The notes below the pieces were generated by a model. The model saw only the letters and a list, made by a program, of their open reading frames with translations, made no database searches and was not told the origin of the DNA. From Alphaproteobacteria bacterium (GTDB lineage: Bacteria; Pseudomonadota; Alphaproteobacteria; UBA2966), in assembly GCA_964291395.2 (NCBI GenBank), contig OZ219856.1, positions 1-64,000 of the forward strand: DNA of 64,000 nt. Reading direction: 5' to 3'. Made by a program: the position numbers and the translations under genes. Within the stretch, counting starts at the first letter, position 1, and every line of letters starts with the position of its first letter. Shown piece by piece: positions 1 to 10,807 of the stretch.

Positions 1-340
1 AAGAGATGTCAGCAATGTAGAGAGTGAGCCACGTGTCTGAGAGGTTGCGCCTCGGGTGGGACGATTCCGGCAGGCCGATCGGGCCCAATGCTTATATCAC
101 TCCCCCTGTACCAACCCAAGAAATCATATAGTACAAAAATGGTACTAGATTGATGATTCTCGTGTCTCGTAACCTATTGTAACCAAGGGTAGAATTTTGC
201 CAATTCACATATGTCAGTAACTATGACTTAAAATTAGGGTTTCGCTGGCGTTCCCGTGAGTAATCGGGTATCAGTCTTGCGAATGCGCGGGTGCCCGTCG
301 GGAACATCGGCGAACAACGAATGCGGACAGGAGCGGCTCC

Positions 341-1792
341 ATGCCGGAGCAGATGTTGAGCTTCGTAGACGTGGCGCGACGCATGCCGGAAAAGCGGCTA
401 GCGGAAAAGCGCGTTCGCGACTTTCGGGAGATCTTCGAAACCTATCAACCCGATTTGGCGGCTCGGCAGGCCTCCAGGTGCTCACAATGCGGCATCCCGT
501 TCTGTCAAATTCATTGTCCGGTCCACAATCACATCCCGGACTGGCTGAAGCTCACGGTCGAAGGTCGGATGGAGGAGGCGTACGAGTTGTCCTCCAGAAC
601 GAACAATCTCCCGGAGGTGTGCGGCCGTATCTGTCCGCAAGATCGTCTTTGTGAAGGTAACTGCGTGATCGAGCAGGCCGGACACGGCACGGTGACGATC
701 GGCTCCGTGGAAACCTACATAACCGAAACCGCGTTCGCGAACGGTTGGGTGAAGCCGCCAACGCCCAACGAGGATCTGGCGCAGTCCATTGGCATCGTCG
801 GTGCCGGGCCGGCTGGCATGGCCGCCGCCGAGCAATTGAGGAAGGCGGGATATCAAGTCGACGTCTATGACCGCTACGACCGGGTTGGGGGCCTGTTGGT
901 ATACGGAATTCCCGGATTCAAGCTGGAGAAGCGCATCGTCGAGCGCCGGGCGCAATTGCTCCGTGACGGCGGCATCCGGTTCCACCTTGAGTTTGAAGTC
1001 GGCCGCGATGTCACTCTCGCGGATCTGCGTTCCCGTCATGATGCCGTCTTGATCAGTACCGGCGTATATCGGTCGCGGGAGATGATGGTTCCAGGCGTGG
1101 GCCTTCCCGAAATCAAACAGGCGCTCGATTACCTCACCGCATCGAATCGAAAGGGCCTCGGAGATGCGGTGCCTCAGTTCGATATGGGTCTGTTGAATGC
1201 GAATGGTAAGCGGGTAGTCGTGATCGGCGGCGGCGATACGGCGATGGATTGCGTCAGGACCGCTGTGCGTCAGGGCGCACGGTCCGTCAAGTGCCTTTAC
1301 CGCCGCGATCGGGAGAATATGCCGGGAAGCATGCGGGAGGTGGTGCATGCGGAAGAGGAAGGCGTCGACTTCGTTTGGCTGACGGCGCCCGAGGCCTTCA
1401 TGGGAGATGACAGGCTCGAAGGCGTTCGCGCCATTCGGATGCGCCTGGGCTCGCCGGATTCCAGCGGAAGACAGACTCCGCGACCGGTGTCGGGCTCAGG
1501 CCATGTGATCGAGGCCGACTTGGCCATCAACGCGCTGGGATTCGATCCCGAGAACATCCCGGAGATGTTCGGAGCACCCGATCTCGCGGTCAGTCAATGG
1601 GGGACGGTCCAGATCGACTTTCGCACGATGATGACCAGCATGGACGGAGTGTTTGCGGCTGGCGACATCGTGCGGGGTGCGTCCCTGGTGGTGTGGGCCA
1701 TTCGCGATGCCCGGGACGCCGCAGCCAGCATTGACCGGTATTTGCGGGCCAAACGCGAACCCGCAGCGATTGAAATGGCTCTGGTGAGCTAG
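341..1792 (+). CDS. gltD: Glutamate synthase (NADPH) small subunit, copy 1 (gltD-before-gltB arrangement)
   Basis: Fe-S motifs CSQCGIPFCQIHCP and CGRICPQDRLCEGNC, GAGPAG FAD site, GGGDTAMDC, C-terminal [16 protein letters not shown]; AGGAG RBS upstream. Confidence 0.95.
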   Translation: MPEQMLSFVDVARRMPEKRLAEKRVRDFREIFETYQPDLAARQASRCSQCGIPFCQIHCPVHNHIPDWLKLTVEGRMEEAYELSSRTNNLPEVCGRICPQDRLCEGNCVIEQAGHGTVTIGSVETYITETAFANGWVKPPTPNEDLAQSIGIVGAGPAGMAAAEQLRKAGYQVDVYDRYDRVGGLLVYGIPGFKLEKRIVERRAQLLRDGGIRFHLEFEVGRDVTLADLRSRHDAVLISTGVYRSREMMVPGVGLPEIKQALDYLTASNRKGLGDAVPQFDMGLLNANGKRVVVIGGGDTAMDCVRTAVRQGARSVKCLYRRDRENMPGSMREVVHAEEEGVDFVWLTAPEAFMGDDRLEGVRAIRMRLGSPDSSGRQTPRPVSGSGHVIEADLAINALGFDPENIPEMFGAPDLAVSQWGTVQIDFRTMMTSMDGVFAAGDIVRGASLVVWAIRDARDAAASIDRYLRAKREPAAIEMALVS

Positions 1793-1811
1793 GTAGGGCG
1801 GAGGAGCGGAT

Positions 1812-4800
1812 ATGGACGGTCGGCGGGGCCGGAGGAAGTTGGGAACCGCGTTCGTCGAGAACTGGCGGAAGCAGGCGGATTACCTCGCCCAAGACGGGCT
1901 CTATGATCCCGCCGACGAACATGATGCATGTGGAGTCGGGCTGATCGCCGCAATCGACGGCAAGCCGCGTCGGTCCGTGGTCGAGGCCGGGATCAATGCC
2001 CTCAAGGCCGTCTGGCATCGCGGCGCCGTCGACGCTGACGGCAAGACCGGAGATGGTGCTGGCATCCACGTCCAGATCCCCCAGGACTTCTTCAAGGAGC
2101 ACATCGCGCACACGGGCCACGAGCCGAGCCGAGGCCAACTGGCTGTGGGCACCGTGTTCCTGCCCAAGACCGATTTCTCGGCCCAGGAACGTTGTCGCGA
2201 GGTCGTCGAGACCGAGATCCTTAATTCAGGATACCGGATTTACGGTTGGCGCCACGTGCCGATCGATACTTCCGTCATCGGCGAGAAGGCGAATGCGACG
2301 CGCCCCGAGATCGAGCAAATCATGATCGACAACCGGCGCGATATCGACGATGCGGAGTTCGAACGCGACTTGTTCCTCATTCGCCGCCGCATCGAGCGTC
2401 GCTTGCTGCAGGAACAAATCGCCGATTTCTATGTCTGCTCCTTGTCGTGCCGCTCACTCGTCTACAAGGGGATGTTCCTCGCCGAGCAGCTTACCGCCTT
2501 CTATCCCGATCTTCTGGATCACCGGTTCACGTCGAATTTCGCCATCTATCACCAGCGCTACTCGACAAACACGTTCCCTACCTGGCGGATGGCACAACCC
2601 TTCCGGATGCTCGCGCACAATGGCGAAATCAACACGCTGCGGGGCAACGTCAACTGGATGAAGAGCCACGAAATGCGCCTTGCCTCCGATCTTTTTGGCG
2701 AAGAAGCGGCGGACATCAAGCCTATCATCCAGCCGGGCAGTTCTGATTCAGCCGCTCTCGACGCCGTTTACGAGGCGCTGGTCAAGGCTGGGCGATCGGC
2801 ACCGATGGTCAAGGTCTTGATGATGCCGGATTCCTGGCCGCGCCCGGCCATGCCGCCGGCCCATCAGGCTCTTTACTCTTATGTCAATGGCGTCATGGAG
2901 CCTTGGGACGGACCTGCGGCGATCGCGGCAACGGATGGTCGCTGGGTGGTGGCTGGCATGGACCGGAACGGTCTGCGTCCCTTGCGCTACACAGTCACGG
3001 ATGACGGCATTCTGATCGTCGGTTCGGAGGCCGGCATGGTGCCGCTGCCCGAAACCGGCCTCGTTGAAAAAGGCCGGGTGGGACCTGGGCAGATGATCGG
3101 CGTGGACTTGGACCGGGGGCGTTTCTTCCACAGCGATGAGCTGGTCGACTATCTCTCGGCCAGCAATCCTTACGAGGAGTGGGTCAAAGGCAATGTGGCG
3201 CTCGAGAGCGTCATCGATATCGAGCCGTCACCGCGGCCGCTGTACGGCGAGCGAGATCTGCGGCAGCGTCTCATGGCGAGCGGCTATTCGTCCGAGGATT
3301 TGGAACTCATTCTCCATCCCATGGTTGCCGAAGGAAAGGAACCTACGGGTTCCATGGGCGACGACACGCCCCTCGCCGTGCTCTCCAATCATCATCGCCA
3401 GTTGCACCACTACTTCCGTCAGGTCTTCAGCCAGGTAACCAATCCGCCGATCGATTCCTTGCGAGAGCAACGGGTCATGACCTTGAAGACCCGGCTCGGC
3501 AATCTCGGCAACGTCTTCGATGAAGACCAGTCCCAGACGGATATCCTGGTGCTCGAATCGCCAGTGCTGTCGACCAGCGAATTCGACGGCATGGTCGCCT
3601 ATATGGGGGACTCCGTTGCCGTCATCGACGCAACGTTCAACGCCACCGACTCGGACAAGCCGTTGACCACCGCGTTGGATCGCGTTCGCCAAGAGGCGGA
3701 GGACGCGGTACGCGGCGGCAAGACCCACTTGGTGCTGACCGATGAGAATATCGGTCCGGACCGTGCCGCCGTGCCGATGATCCTCGCGGCCGGCGGCGTT
3801 CACACGCACCTCGTGCGACATGGCCTGCGCACCTATACATCTCTCAACGTCCGTTCCGCCGCATGCATGGACGTTCACTACTTTGCCGTGCTGGTCGGTG
3901 TAGGTGCCACGACGGTGAACCCTATCTCGCCGAGGCGGCCATCTGTGACCGCTACACGCGCGGCTTGTTCCCGGGGTCGACGCTCAAGGAGTGCCTCGAG
4001 AAGTACAAGAGCTCGATAAATCAGGGCCTGCTGAAGATCATGTCGAAAATCGGCATCTCCGTGCTCAGCAGCTATCGCGGCGGCTACTACTGTGAGGCGG
4101 TTGGTCTCTCCCGATCGCTGGTCGCCGAGTTCTTCCCGGGCATGCGTTCGCGGATCTCAGGCGTCGGTTTGTCGGGAATCAAGCGCAACCTGCTGGCGCT
4201 TCATGCTCAGGCCTATGCCTCCGAGGACGTGGTGCCCCTCTCGCTCGGCGGCCTATACCGCTATCGTCGCGGCGAGGAGCTGCACGCCTTCGATGGGCAA
4301 CTGATTCACATCCTGCAGTCCGCCGTGGCCAGTGATTCCTATGGTCTCTATCGGCGGTACAGCCAGGGTCTCGGGGAGATGGGGCCCGTGAATCTCCGTG
4401 ACCTCCTGGATTTTGAACCCAGGCGCGATCCGGTCCCGCTCGACGAAGTGGAGTCGATTACGGGTATCCGCAAGCGCTTTTCCAGCGGCAGCATGTCGCA
4501 TGGTGCGCTTTCCAAGGAGGCGCATGAAACCCTGGCGATCGCCATGAATCGCATCGGCGCGGCATCGTGCAGCGGGGAGGGTGGTGAAGACGCCGGCCGC
4601 GCCCGACCGCGACCCAACGGCGACAACGCCAACTCGGCCATCAAGCAAATCGCATCTGGTCGCTTCGGGGTGACCGCCGAATACCTCAACAACTGTATCG
4701 AGATCGAGATCAAGATCGCCCAGGGAGCCAAGCCCGGGGAGGGTGGTCAGCTCCCCGGTTTCAAGGTTACCGATGAGATCGCCCGGTTGCGTCTGTCGAC

Positions 4801-6361
4801 ACCTGGTGTCGCGCTGATCTCACCGCCTCCCCATCACGATATTTACTCGATCGAGGATCTCGCCCAGCTCATTTACGACCTGAAGCAGATCAACCCGACC
4901 GCACAGGTTTGCGTGAAATTGGTTTCCGAGTCGGGGATTGGGACCATCGCGGCGGGCGTCGCCAAGGCCAAGGCCGACGTAATTTTGGTGTCCGGACACT
5001 CGGGCGGTACGGGCGCGAGTCCCCAGTCCAGCATAAAGTTCGCGGGAACGCCGTGGGAGATGGGCTTGGCCGAGGTCAATCAGGTGCTGACGTTGAACCG
5101 GTTGCGCCACCGCGTGCGGTTGCGTGTCGATGGCGGGCTGAAGTCGGGTCGTGACATCGTCATCGCGGCGATGCTGGGCGCCGAAGAGTTCGGTATCGGT
5201 ACGGCGTCTCTGGTAGCCATGGGATGCATCCTCGTCCGGCAATGTCATTCCAATACCTGCCCCGTCGGCGTGTGTACGCAGGATCCCGCGCTTCGCGAAA
5301 AGTTCACGGGCACACCGGAGAAGGTGGTCAATTTGTTCAGTTTCATCGCCGAGGAAGTGCGGGAAATCCTGGCTTCGCTGGGTGTTCGGTCCATCGAGGA
5401 CGTAGTGGGGCGCACGGACATGTTGACCCAGGTCAGCCGGGGCAGCCTGCACCTTGACGACCTCGACCTCAACCCGCTGCTCGTCCAGGCCGATTCGGGC
5501 GATGCGCCGCGCTTCTGCACATTGGAGGGTCGCAATGACGTACCCGACACGTTGGACGCGCAGATGATCGAGGATGCCCAAGCCGTCTTCGACGAGGGTG
5601 AGAAAATGCAGCTCACCTACAACGTTCGGAATACGCAACGGGCGATCGGCGCCCGGCTTTCGTCGCATCTTGTAAGGCGTTTCGGCATGACAGGTTTGCA
5701 ACCGGGACACCTCACCGTGCGTCTGCGCGGTTCTGCCGGGCAGTCCTTGGGCGCCTTTGCCGTGCAAGGTCTCAAGCTCGAGGTGTTCGGGGATGCCAAC
5801 GATTATGTCGGCAAGGGATTGTCCGGCGGCGATATCGTGGTCCGGCCGACGACGTCCAGTCCTCTCGTTTCGAACGAGAATGTCATTGTCGGGAATGTCG
5901 TTCTATATGGCGCGACAGGAGGAACGTTGTTCGTCGCGGGTCAGGCCGGTGACCGGTTCGCAGTTCGCAATTCCGGAGCTGTCACGGTCGTCGAGGGTTG
6001 CGGGGACAATGGCTGCGAGTACATGACCGGTGGTGTCGCCGTGATACTGGGCTCGGTCGGTGACAATTTCGCTGCGGGCATGACCGGCGGCCTCGCCTTC
6101 GTGTACGACCCCTTGGAGACTCTGCCCGCCCGCGTCAATGCCGACAGCGTCATCTATCGGAAATTGGAATCGGCACATTGGGAGAACCACTGCCGCGACC
6201 TGATCGGCCGGCACGCTCGGGCAACCCAATCGGCATTCGCCCACAAACTTCTGGCGGAGTGGGAGGCCGAGGTCGGTCATATTTGGCAGGTTTGTCCGAT
6301 CGAGATGGTGAGCCGGTTGGAACATCCGTTGAGTGATCAGGTAATCGCTGCGACGGCTTGA
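1812..6361 (+). CDS. gltB: Glutamate synthase large subunit, copy 1; split by a 1-nt deletion at ~3920-3922 (ORFs 1812-4019 and 3863-6361)
   Basis: EHDACG (Cys1 after propeptide), [40 protein letters not shown]-terminal domain. One extra C in the CCC run restores conserved TVNPYLAE. Confidence 0.93.
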
Positions 6362-6405
6362 CCAAGAACCGCTTGTTGTTTGGTGTTCGACCATATCGGC
6401 GCAAC

Positions 6406-7074
6406 ATGCGCAGGCTTTTTCACATCTGGCTCTCACCGTTTTGCCGCAAGGTCCGCCTGGTGCTGGAGGAGAAATGCCTGGAATACGAGATGGTCGTCGA
6501 GCCGGTCTGGGAACGGCGCGAGGAGTTTCTGAGACTCAACCCCACGGGGCTGGTGCCCGTCTTCGTCGATAGAGACGATGCCGTGGTTTCCGAAAGTGAC
6601 GCGATCTGTGAATACCTCGAGGAAACCTGTCCTGAACCGCGGTTGATTTCGGGAACACCACGCGAGAAGTCTGAAATCCGCCGTCTGGTGCGCTGGTTCG
6701 ACCTCAAGTTTCACGGCGAGGTCACCCGCCATCTGCTGAATGAAAAGGTAATGAAACGGTTCATGGGTATGGGAGAGCCCGATTCCAGCGCCTTGCGGGC
6801 CGCCTATCACAACATCGACCACCATCTGGACTACATCGCCTATCTGACCGATCGGCGCCGTTGGCTCGCCGGAAATGATTTGAGCCTTGCCGACCTCACC
6901 GCCGCCGCCCACCTGTCCTGTCTCGATTACCTTGGCGATGTGCCGTGGGAGAACCATGCCGGGGCCAAGGATTGGTACGCACGTATCAAGTCGAGACCGT
7001 CCTTTCGGGGTTTGTTGGCGGATCACATTCCGGGATTGTCACCTCCAAAGCACTACGGCAATCTGGATTTCTAG
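6406..7074 (+). CDS. fzlA: GST-fold FtsZ-binding protein FzlA
   Basis: SPFCRKVR, LNPTGLVP, WFDLKF, LSLADLTAAAHLSCLDYLGDVPW, KSRPSFR and terminal HYGNLDF typical of FzlA; adjacent to queG as in many alphaproteobacteria. Confidence 0.85.
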   Translation: MRRLFHIWLSPFCRKVRLVLEEKCLEYEMVVEPVWERREEFLRLNPTGLVPVFVDRDDAVVSESDAICEYLEETCPEPRLISGTPREKSEIRRLVRWFDLKFHGEVTRHLLNEKVMKRFMGMGEPDSSALRAAYHNIDHHLDYIAYLTDRRRWLAGNDLSLADLTAAAHLSCLDYLGDVPWENHAGAKDWYARIKSRPSFRGLLADHIPGLSPPKHYGNLDF

Positions 7075-7083
7075 ACATGCCGT

Positions 7084-8259
7084 GTGGCGACGGAACCGTT
7101 AAGGGATAGCCACGGGAACATGAACGGAGCTGAGCACGACCCGATCTCGGCAGGCGCGGAAATTCGTGCACGCGCCCTTGAGGAAGGGTTCGATGTCGTC
7201 GGAATCACAACCCCTGACGGCATCGGGGATGCGGGGTCTCGCCTGCAGGACTTTATCGATCGGGGCTGGCATGGAGACATGGCGTGGTTGGCTGCCAAGG
7301 CCGAGTTACGCGCGCATCCCCGGTCGCTTTGGCCCGAGGTCAGGTCGATCGTCGTGGTGGGCGTAAACTACCACCTTCCCGGTGATCCTTTGGCGCTTCT
7401 GAGTCAGCCTGATGTCGGGTCCGTCTCGATCTACGCCCGAGGCCGCGATTACCACGACATCGTCAAATCCAAACTCAAGTGCCTGGCGCGATGGATTTCC
7501 GAGCGACATGCGGCGCAGGCGAAAGTCTTCGTCGATACCGCACCGGTTCTGGAGAAGCCGTTGGCTGCGGCCGCCGGCATTGGCTGGCAAGGCAAGCATA
7601 CGAACCTGGTCTCCCGAGAGCTGGGGTCATGGTCTTTCCTGGGAGAAATTTTCACCACACTGGAACTCGTGCCGGATCGTGCGGAGACCGATCGCTGCGG
7701 ATCCTGCCGAAGCTGCCTCGACATATGCCCGACAGCCGCCTTCCCGGCACCTTACCGGCTCGATGCCCGGCGGTGCATCTCTTATCTGACTATTGAGCAC
7801 AAGGGCGCCATTCCCGCGGAGTTCCGGAAAGCGATGGGCAATCGCATATACGGGTGCGACGACTGCTTGGCCGTTTGCCCCTGGAACAAGTTCGCGCGCA
7901 TGTCCAGGGAGGCCGCATTTCTGCCGCGCGCCGAGTTGACCGCTCCGCGCCTGGCGGAGTTGGCGCGGCTGGACGACACCCGGTTCAGGCAAATGTTCTC
8001 GAAGTCCCCGATCAAGCGTACGGGTCGAGACCGATTCATTCGTAATGTCCTGATCGCGCTTGGCAATAGCGGGAACGAACAGGCCGTTCCGGTCGTCGAG
8101 ACCTGCCTTTTCGACACCTCATCCTTGGTACGCGGCGCCGCCGTTTGGGCATTCCGGGAGCTCGTCGGCGAAGACAGGTTCAGCGTGAAACGTGCCGAGC
8201 TTCGCCCGGCGGAACGCGACTCCGAGGTGTTGTCAGAATGGGATGGAACGGCTGAATGA
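7084..8259 (+). CDS. queG: Epoxyqueuosine reductase
   Basis: YARGRDYH, FVDTAPVLEK, CGSCRSCLDICPT, GNRIYGCDDCLAVCPWN; true start may be 7120. Confidence 0.95.
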   Translation: MATEPLRDSHGNMNGAEHDPISAGAEIRARALEEGFDVVGITTPDGIGDAGSRLQDFIDRGWHGDMAWLAAKAELRAHPRSLWPEVRSIVVVGVNYHLPGDPLALLSQPDVGSVSIYARGRDYHDIVKSKLKCLARWISERHAAQAKVFVDTAPVLEKPLAAAAGIGWQGKHTNLVSRELGSWSFLGEIFTTLELVPDRAETDRCGSCRSCLDICPTAAFPAPYRLDARRCISYLTIEHKGAIPAEFRKAMGNRIYGCDDCLAVCPWNKFARMSREAAFLPRAELTAPRLAELARLDDTRFRQMFSKSPIKRTGRDRFIRNVLIALGNSGNEQAVPVVETCLFDTSSLVRGAAVWAFRELVGEDRFSVKRAELRPAERDSEVLSEWDGTAE

Positions 8260-8269
8260 AAGACGTGCG

Positions 8270-9052
8270 CTATTGGCTTTCGAGAGCCTTGAGCATTGCC
8301 TTCGCCGAAACCGCCTCGGAGCTGTCCGGCGCCACTTCGACCACGCGCTGCCAGTCGGCGCGGGCACCTTCGCTGTCATTCATGAGCCGCCGAAGCGAAC
8401 CGCGCTCGAGCAAAGCGGGGACGTGGTTGGCGTCCAGCGAGACCGCACGCTCGGCATCGGCGATCGCTCCTTCGACATCACCCAGTTTGCGGCGAACTCG
8501 GGCGCGAAAGGCGTAAGCATCGGTACTTTCCGGGTCGAACTTGACCGCTGCATCCAGGTCGCCTGCGGCCGCGCGAAAGTCCCGAAGGTCAATGGCTGCG
8601 AGGGATCTATCGACGAAATACTCTGCGGTTCCCGGCTTGAACTCCAATGCCTTGGTGAACAGATGCCTGGCGCGTGCAGGATCGCCTGTGAGCATCCAAC
8701 CATGCCCGGCCTGTGCCAGGACTTCGGCGATCTTGGCCGGCTCATTGAAGTCGTCCGAGTTCCGCATCTTGCGGACCACGGTTTCGAGCCGCTCGGCCCC
8801 ATACTTGTGCTGACCCATGCGGATGAGCGCCAAGCCGGCGCAGTGCGCGGCCGGAATGCCGCCGCCCATGAATCGCCAGAACACCGCCGTGTCGAACGCA
8901 TCGCGTGGATCGCTTTCGATTTTTGCGATACATGCGGCGTAGCGTTCCTCATCGACCGCGGCCTTTGCGGGGTCGATCAAAGCGGCGGCGGCAAAGGCGC
9001 ATGCGGCTACGGTCGGGATGGCTCTCGCAAGCCACCGGCACCACAAGCGCAT
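8270..9052 (-). CDS. Exported tetratricopeptide-repeat protein
   Basis: Signal-peptide-like N-terminus ending AKA-A; several TPR-like 34-aa helical repeats (A..DL..A...DP); start uncertain. Confidence 0.75.
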   Translation of the reverse strand: MRLWCRWLARAIPTVAACAFAAAALIDPAKAAVDEERYAACIAKIESDPRDAFDTAVFWRFMGGGIPAAHCAGLALIRMGQHKYGAERLETVVRKMRNSDDFNEPAKIAEVLAQAGHGWMLTGDPARARHLFTKALEFKPGTAEYFVDRSLAAIDLRDFRAAAGDLDAAVKFDPESTDAYAFRARVRRKLGDVEGAIADAERAVSLDANHVPALLERGSLRRLMNDSEGARADWQRVVEVAPDSSEAVSAKAMLKALESQ

Positions 9053-9140
9053 CCGAGAGCCTGTCCTTGGCATGACCCCAAGAGTCGGGTAGATCGGGAG
9101 TGGGCGCAAGTCTCGGCTCCGAAAAAATGAACGGTTTTCC

Positions 9141-10013
9141 GTGACGAACGACAAGGCCATGTTCTGTTTCGGCCTCGGCTACACCGCCCGGGCATTGGCT
9201 GCGTCGCTTCCATTCGAGGACTGGGTGATCTCTGGGACTTCCAGAGGGGACGGGTCTCGCGACAGACCCAAATCTGACGGGACCCGGACGTACGTCTTCG
9301 ACCGGGATCGTCCTCTGCCTTGGCCGACGCGGACATTGGCCGGTGTCACGCATGTGCTCGTCTCCGTGCCTCCGGATTCGGAGGGCGATCCCGTCCTCGA
9401 CTGCCATCGTACCGACATCGGATCGATGCAATCCCTGTCGTGGATCGGTTACCTCTCCACGGTTGGAGTTTATGGCGATCGTCGCGGCGGTTGGGTCGAC
9501 GAGACTTCTGAGTGTCGTCCTGGGACCGAACGAAGCATCCGCCGCGCAGCGGCCGAGCGAGCCTGGCTGGACCTGAGTCGGCGTACGAACGTACCGGTTC
9601 ACGTTTTCCGTCTGGCGGGCATCTACGGACCCGGGCGAAATCCGGTCGAATCGGCTCGGCGGGGAACGGCAAGGCGAATCCTCAAGCCCGGTCAGGTTTT
9701 CTCGCGCATACACGTTTCGGATATCGTTCAGATCCTGCGCGCTTCAATGGAACGGCCTGACCCGGGCGCCATCTATAACGTTTGTGACGACGAACCGGCG
9801 CCCCCTCAGGATGTCGTCGCTTTCGCGTGCGACCTCGCGGGGAGCGAGGTGCCGCCCCTGGTCTCGTTCGATGAAGCGGAACTCACGGAAATTGAGCGGT
9901 CTTTCTACGCAGAGTGCCGGCGGGTCCGGAACGATCGCATCAAGAAAGATCTTGGCGTGACACTGCGATACCCGAACTACCGTTCCGGTCTGTCCGCACT
10001 TGCGGCGGGTTAA
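9141..10013 (+). CDS. Atypical SDR / NAD-dependent epimerase (YeeZ-like)
   Basis: FGLGYTA, YLSTVGVYGD..G.WVDE, RLAGIYGPGR, FSRIHVSDI, YPNYRSGL. Confidence 0.85.
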   Translation: MTNDKAMFCFGLGYTARALAASLPFEDWVISGTSRGDGSRDRPKSDGTRTYVFDRDRPLPWPTRTLAGVTHVLVSVPPDSEGDPVLDCHRTDIGSMQSLSWIGYLSTVGVYGDRRGGWVDETSECRPGTERSIRRAAAERAWLDLSRRTNVPVHVFRLAGIYGPGRNPVESARRGTARRILKPGQVFSRIHVSDIVQILRASMERPDPGAIYNVCDDEPAPPQDVVAFACDLAGSEVPPLVSFDEAELTEIERSFYAECRRVRNDRIKKDLGVTLRYPNYRSGLSALAAG

Positions 10014-10770
10014 CCCCTTCCACTATGCCCGCGAGCTCGTCGACCGTGCGGAGAAGCCGAGCGATATCGTTGGGTTCGGACAATCGATGATCACCCCCCT
10101 TTACGAACGTGGCTTCTACGTCGGCTCCTTCATAGGCCTCGATGAGCCTCAGTGCGTGGTGCCAGGGAACGTCGGGGTCGTTCATGCCCTGAAGGATCCG
10201 CAGGGGACAGGTCAGTCTCACCGTCTCCCGGAGGAGCAGGTGGTTTCGACCTTCCTCGATCAGGTGGAGCGTGATGTCGTGAGGCTCGTTGCCGTATTCC
10301 GAAGGTTGCAGATAGACGCCATCACGTCGGAGGATCTCCCGTATGCCGTCGTCGAACTCGGCCCACATCAGATCCTCGGTGAAATCGGGAGCCGGCGCGA
10401 TGCCCAGAAGTCCCGCGACGCGCGCCGGCCGCGCCAGGGCCGCAAGCAACATGATCCAGCCGCCCATGCTCGAACCGACAACGATCTGAGGGCCCTCGGT
10501 GAGGTCGTCGATGACCGCGATGGCGTCGTCCTTCCAGCGGCCGATCGTTCCGTTCCGAAATTCTCCGGAAGACGAGCCATGCCCGAAATAGTCGAAACGG
10601 AGGAAGGCACGACCGGTTTCCCGGCAATGGGTGTCCAGTGCCAGGGCCTTGGTGCCGGTCATGTCCGAGTTGAAACCGCCGCAGAAGACGACGCCCGGCG
10701 ACTTGCCGGTATGCGTGCGATAGGCGATTGTGGTCCCGTCGGCACAGGTGAGGATGCTCGGCTCGACCAT
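9940..10770 (-). CDS. Alpha/beta hydrolase (ABHD10-like)
   Basis: GFNSDMTGTKA, FDYFGHGSS, GSSMGG nucleophile elbow, GDHRLS; true stop may be 10010-10012 if one G is missing (see findings). Confidence 0.88.
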   Translation of the reverse strand: MVEPSILTCADGTTIAYRTHTGKSPGVVFCGGFNSDMTGTKALALDTHCRETGRAFLRFDYFGHGSSSGEFRNGTIGRWKDDAIAVIDDLTEGPQIVVGSSMGGWIMLLAALARPARVAGLLGIAPAPDFTEDLMWAEFDDGIREILRRDGVYLQPSEYGNEPHDITLHLIEEGRNHLLLRETVRLTCPLRILQGMNDPDVPWHHALRLIEAYEGADVEATFVKGGDHRLSEPNDIARLLRTVDELAGIVEGVNPPQVRTDRNGSSGIAVSRQDLS

Positions 10771-10807
10771 GTTTGACGCAACGGGATCGAGGGGTTGGGG
10801 CGCTCCA

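Noticed and set aside
3900-3940. Programmed frameshift in gltB copy 1
   Set aside because: No slippery heptamer or stimulator; a single missing C in a homopolymer explains it, as at other sites
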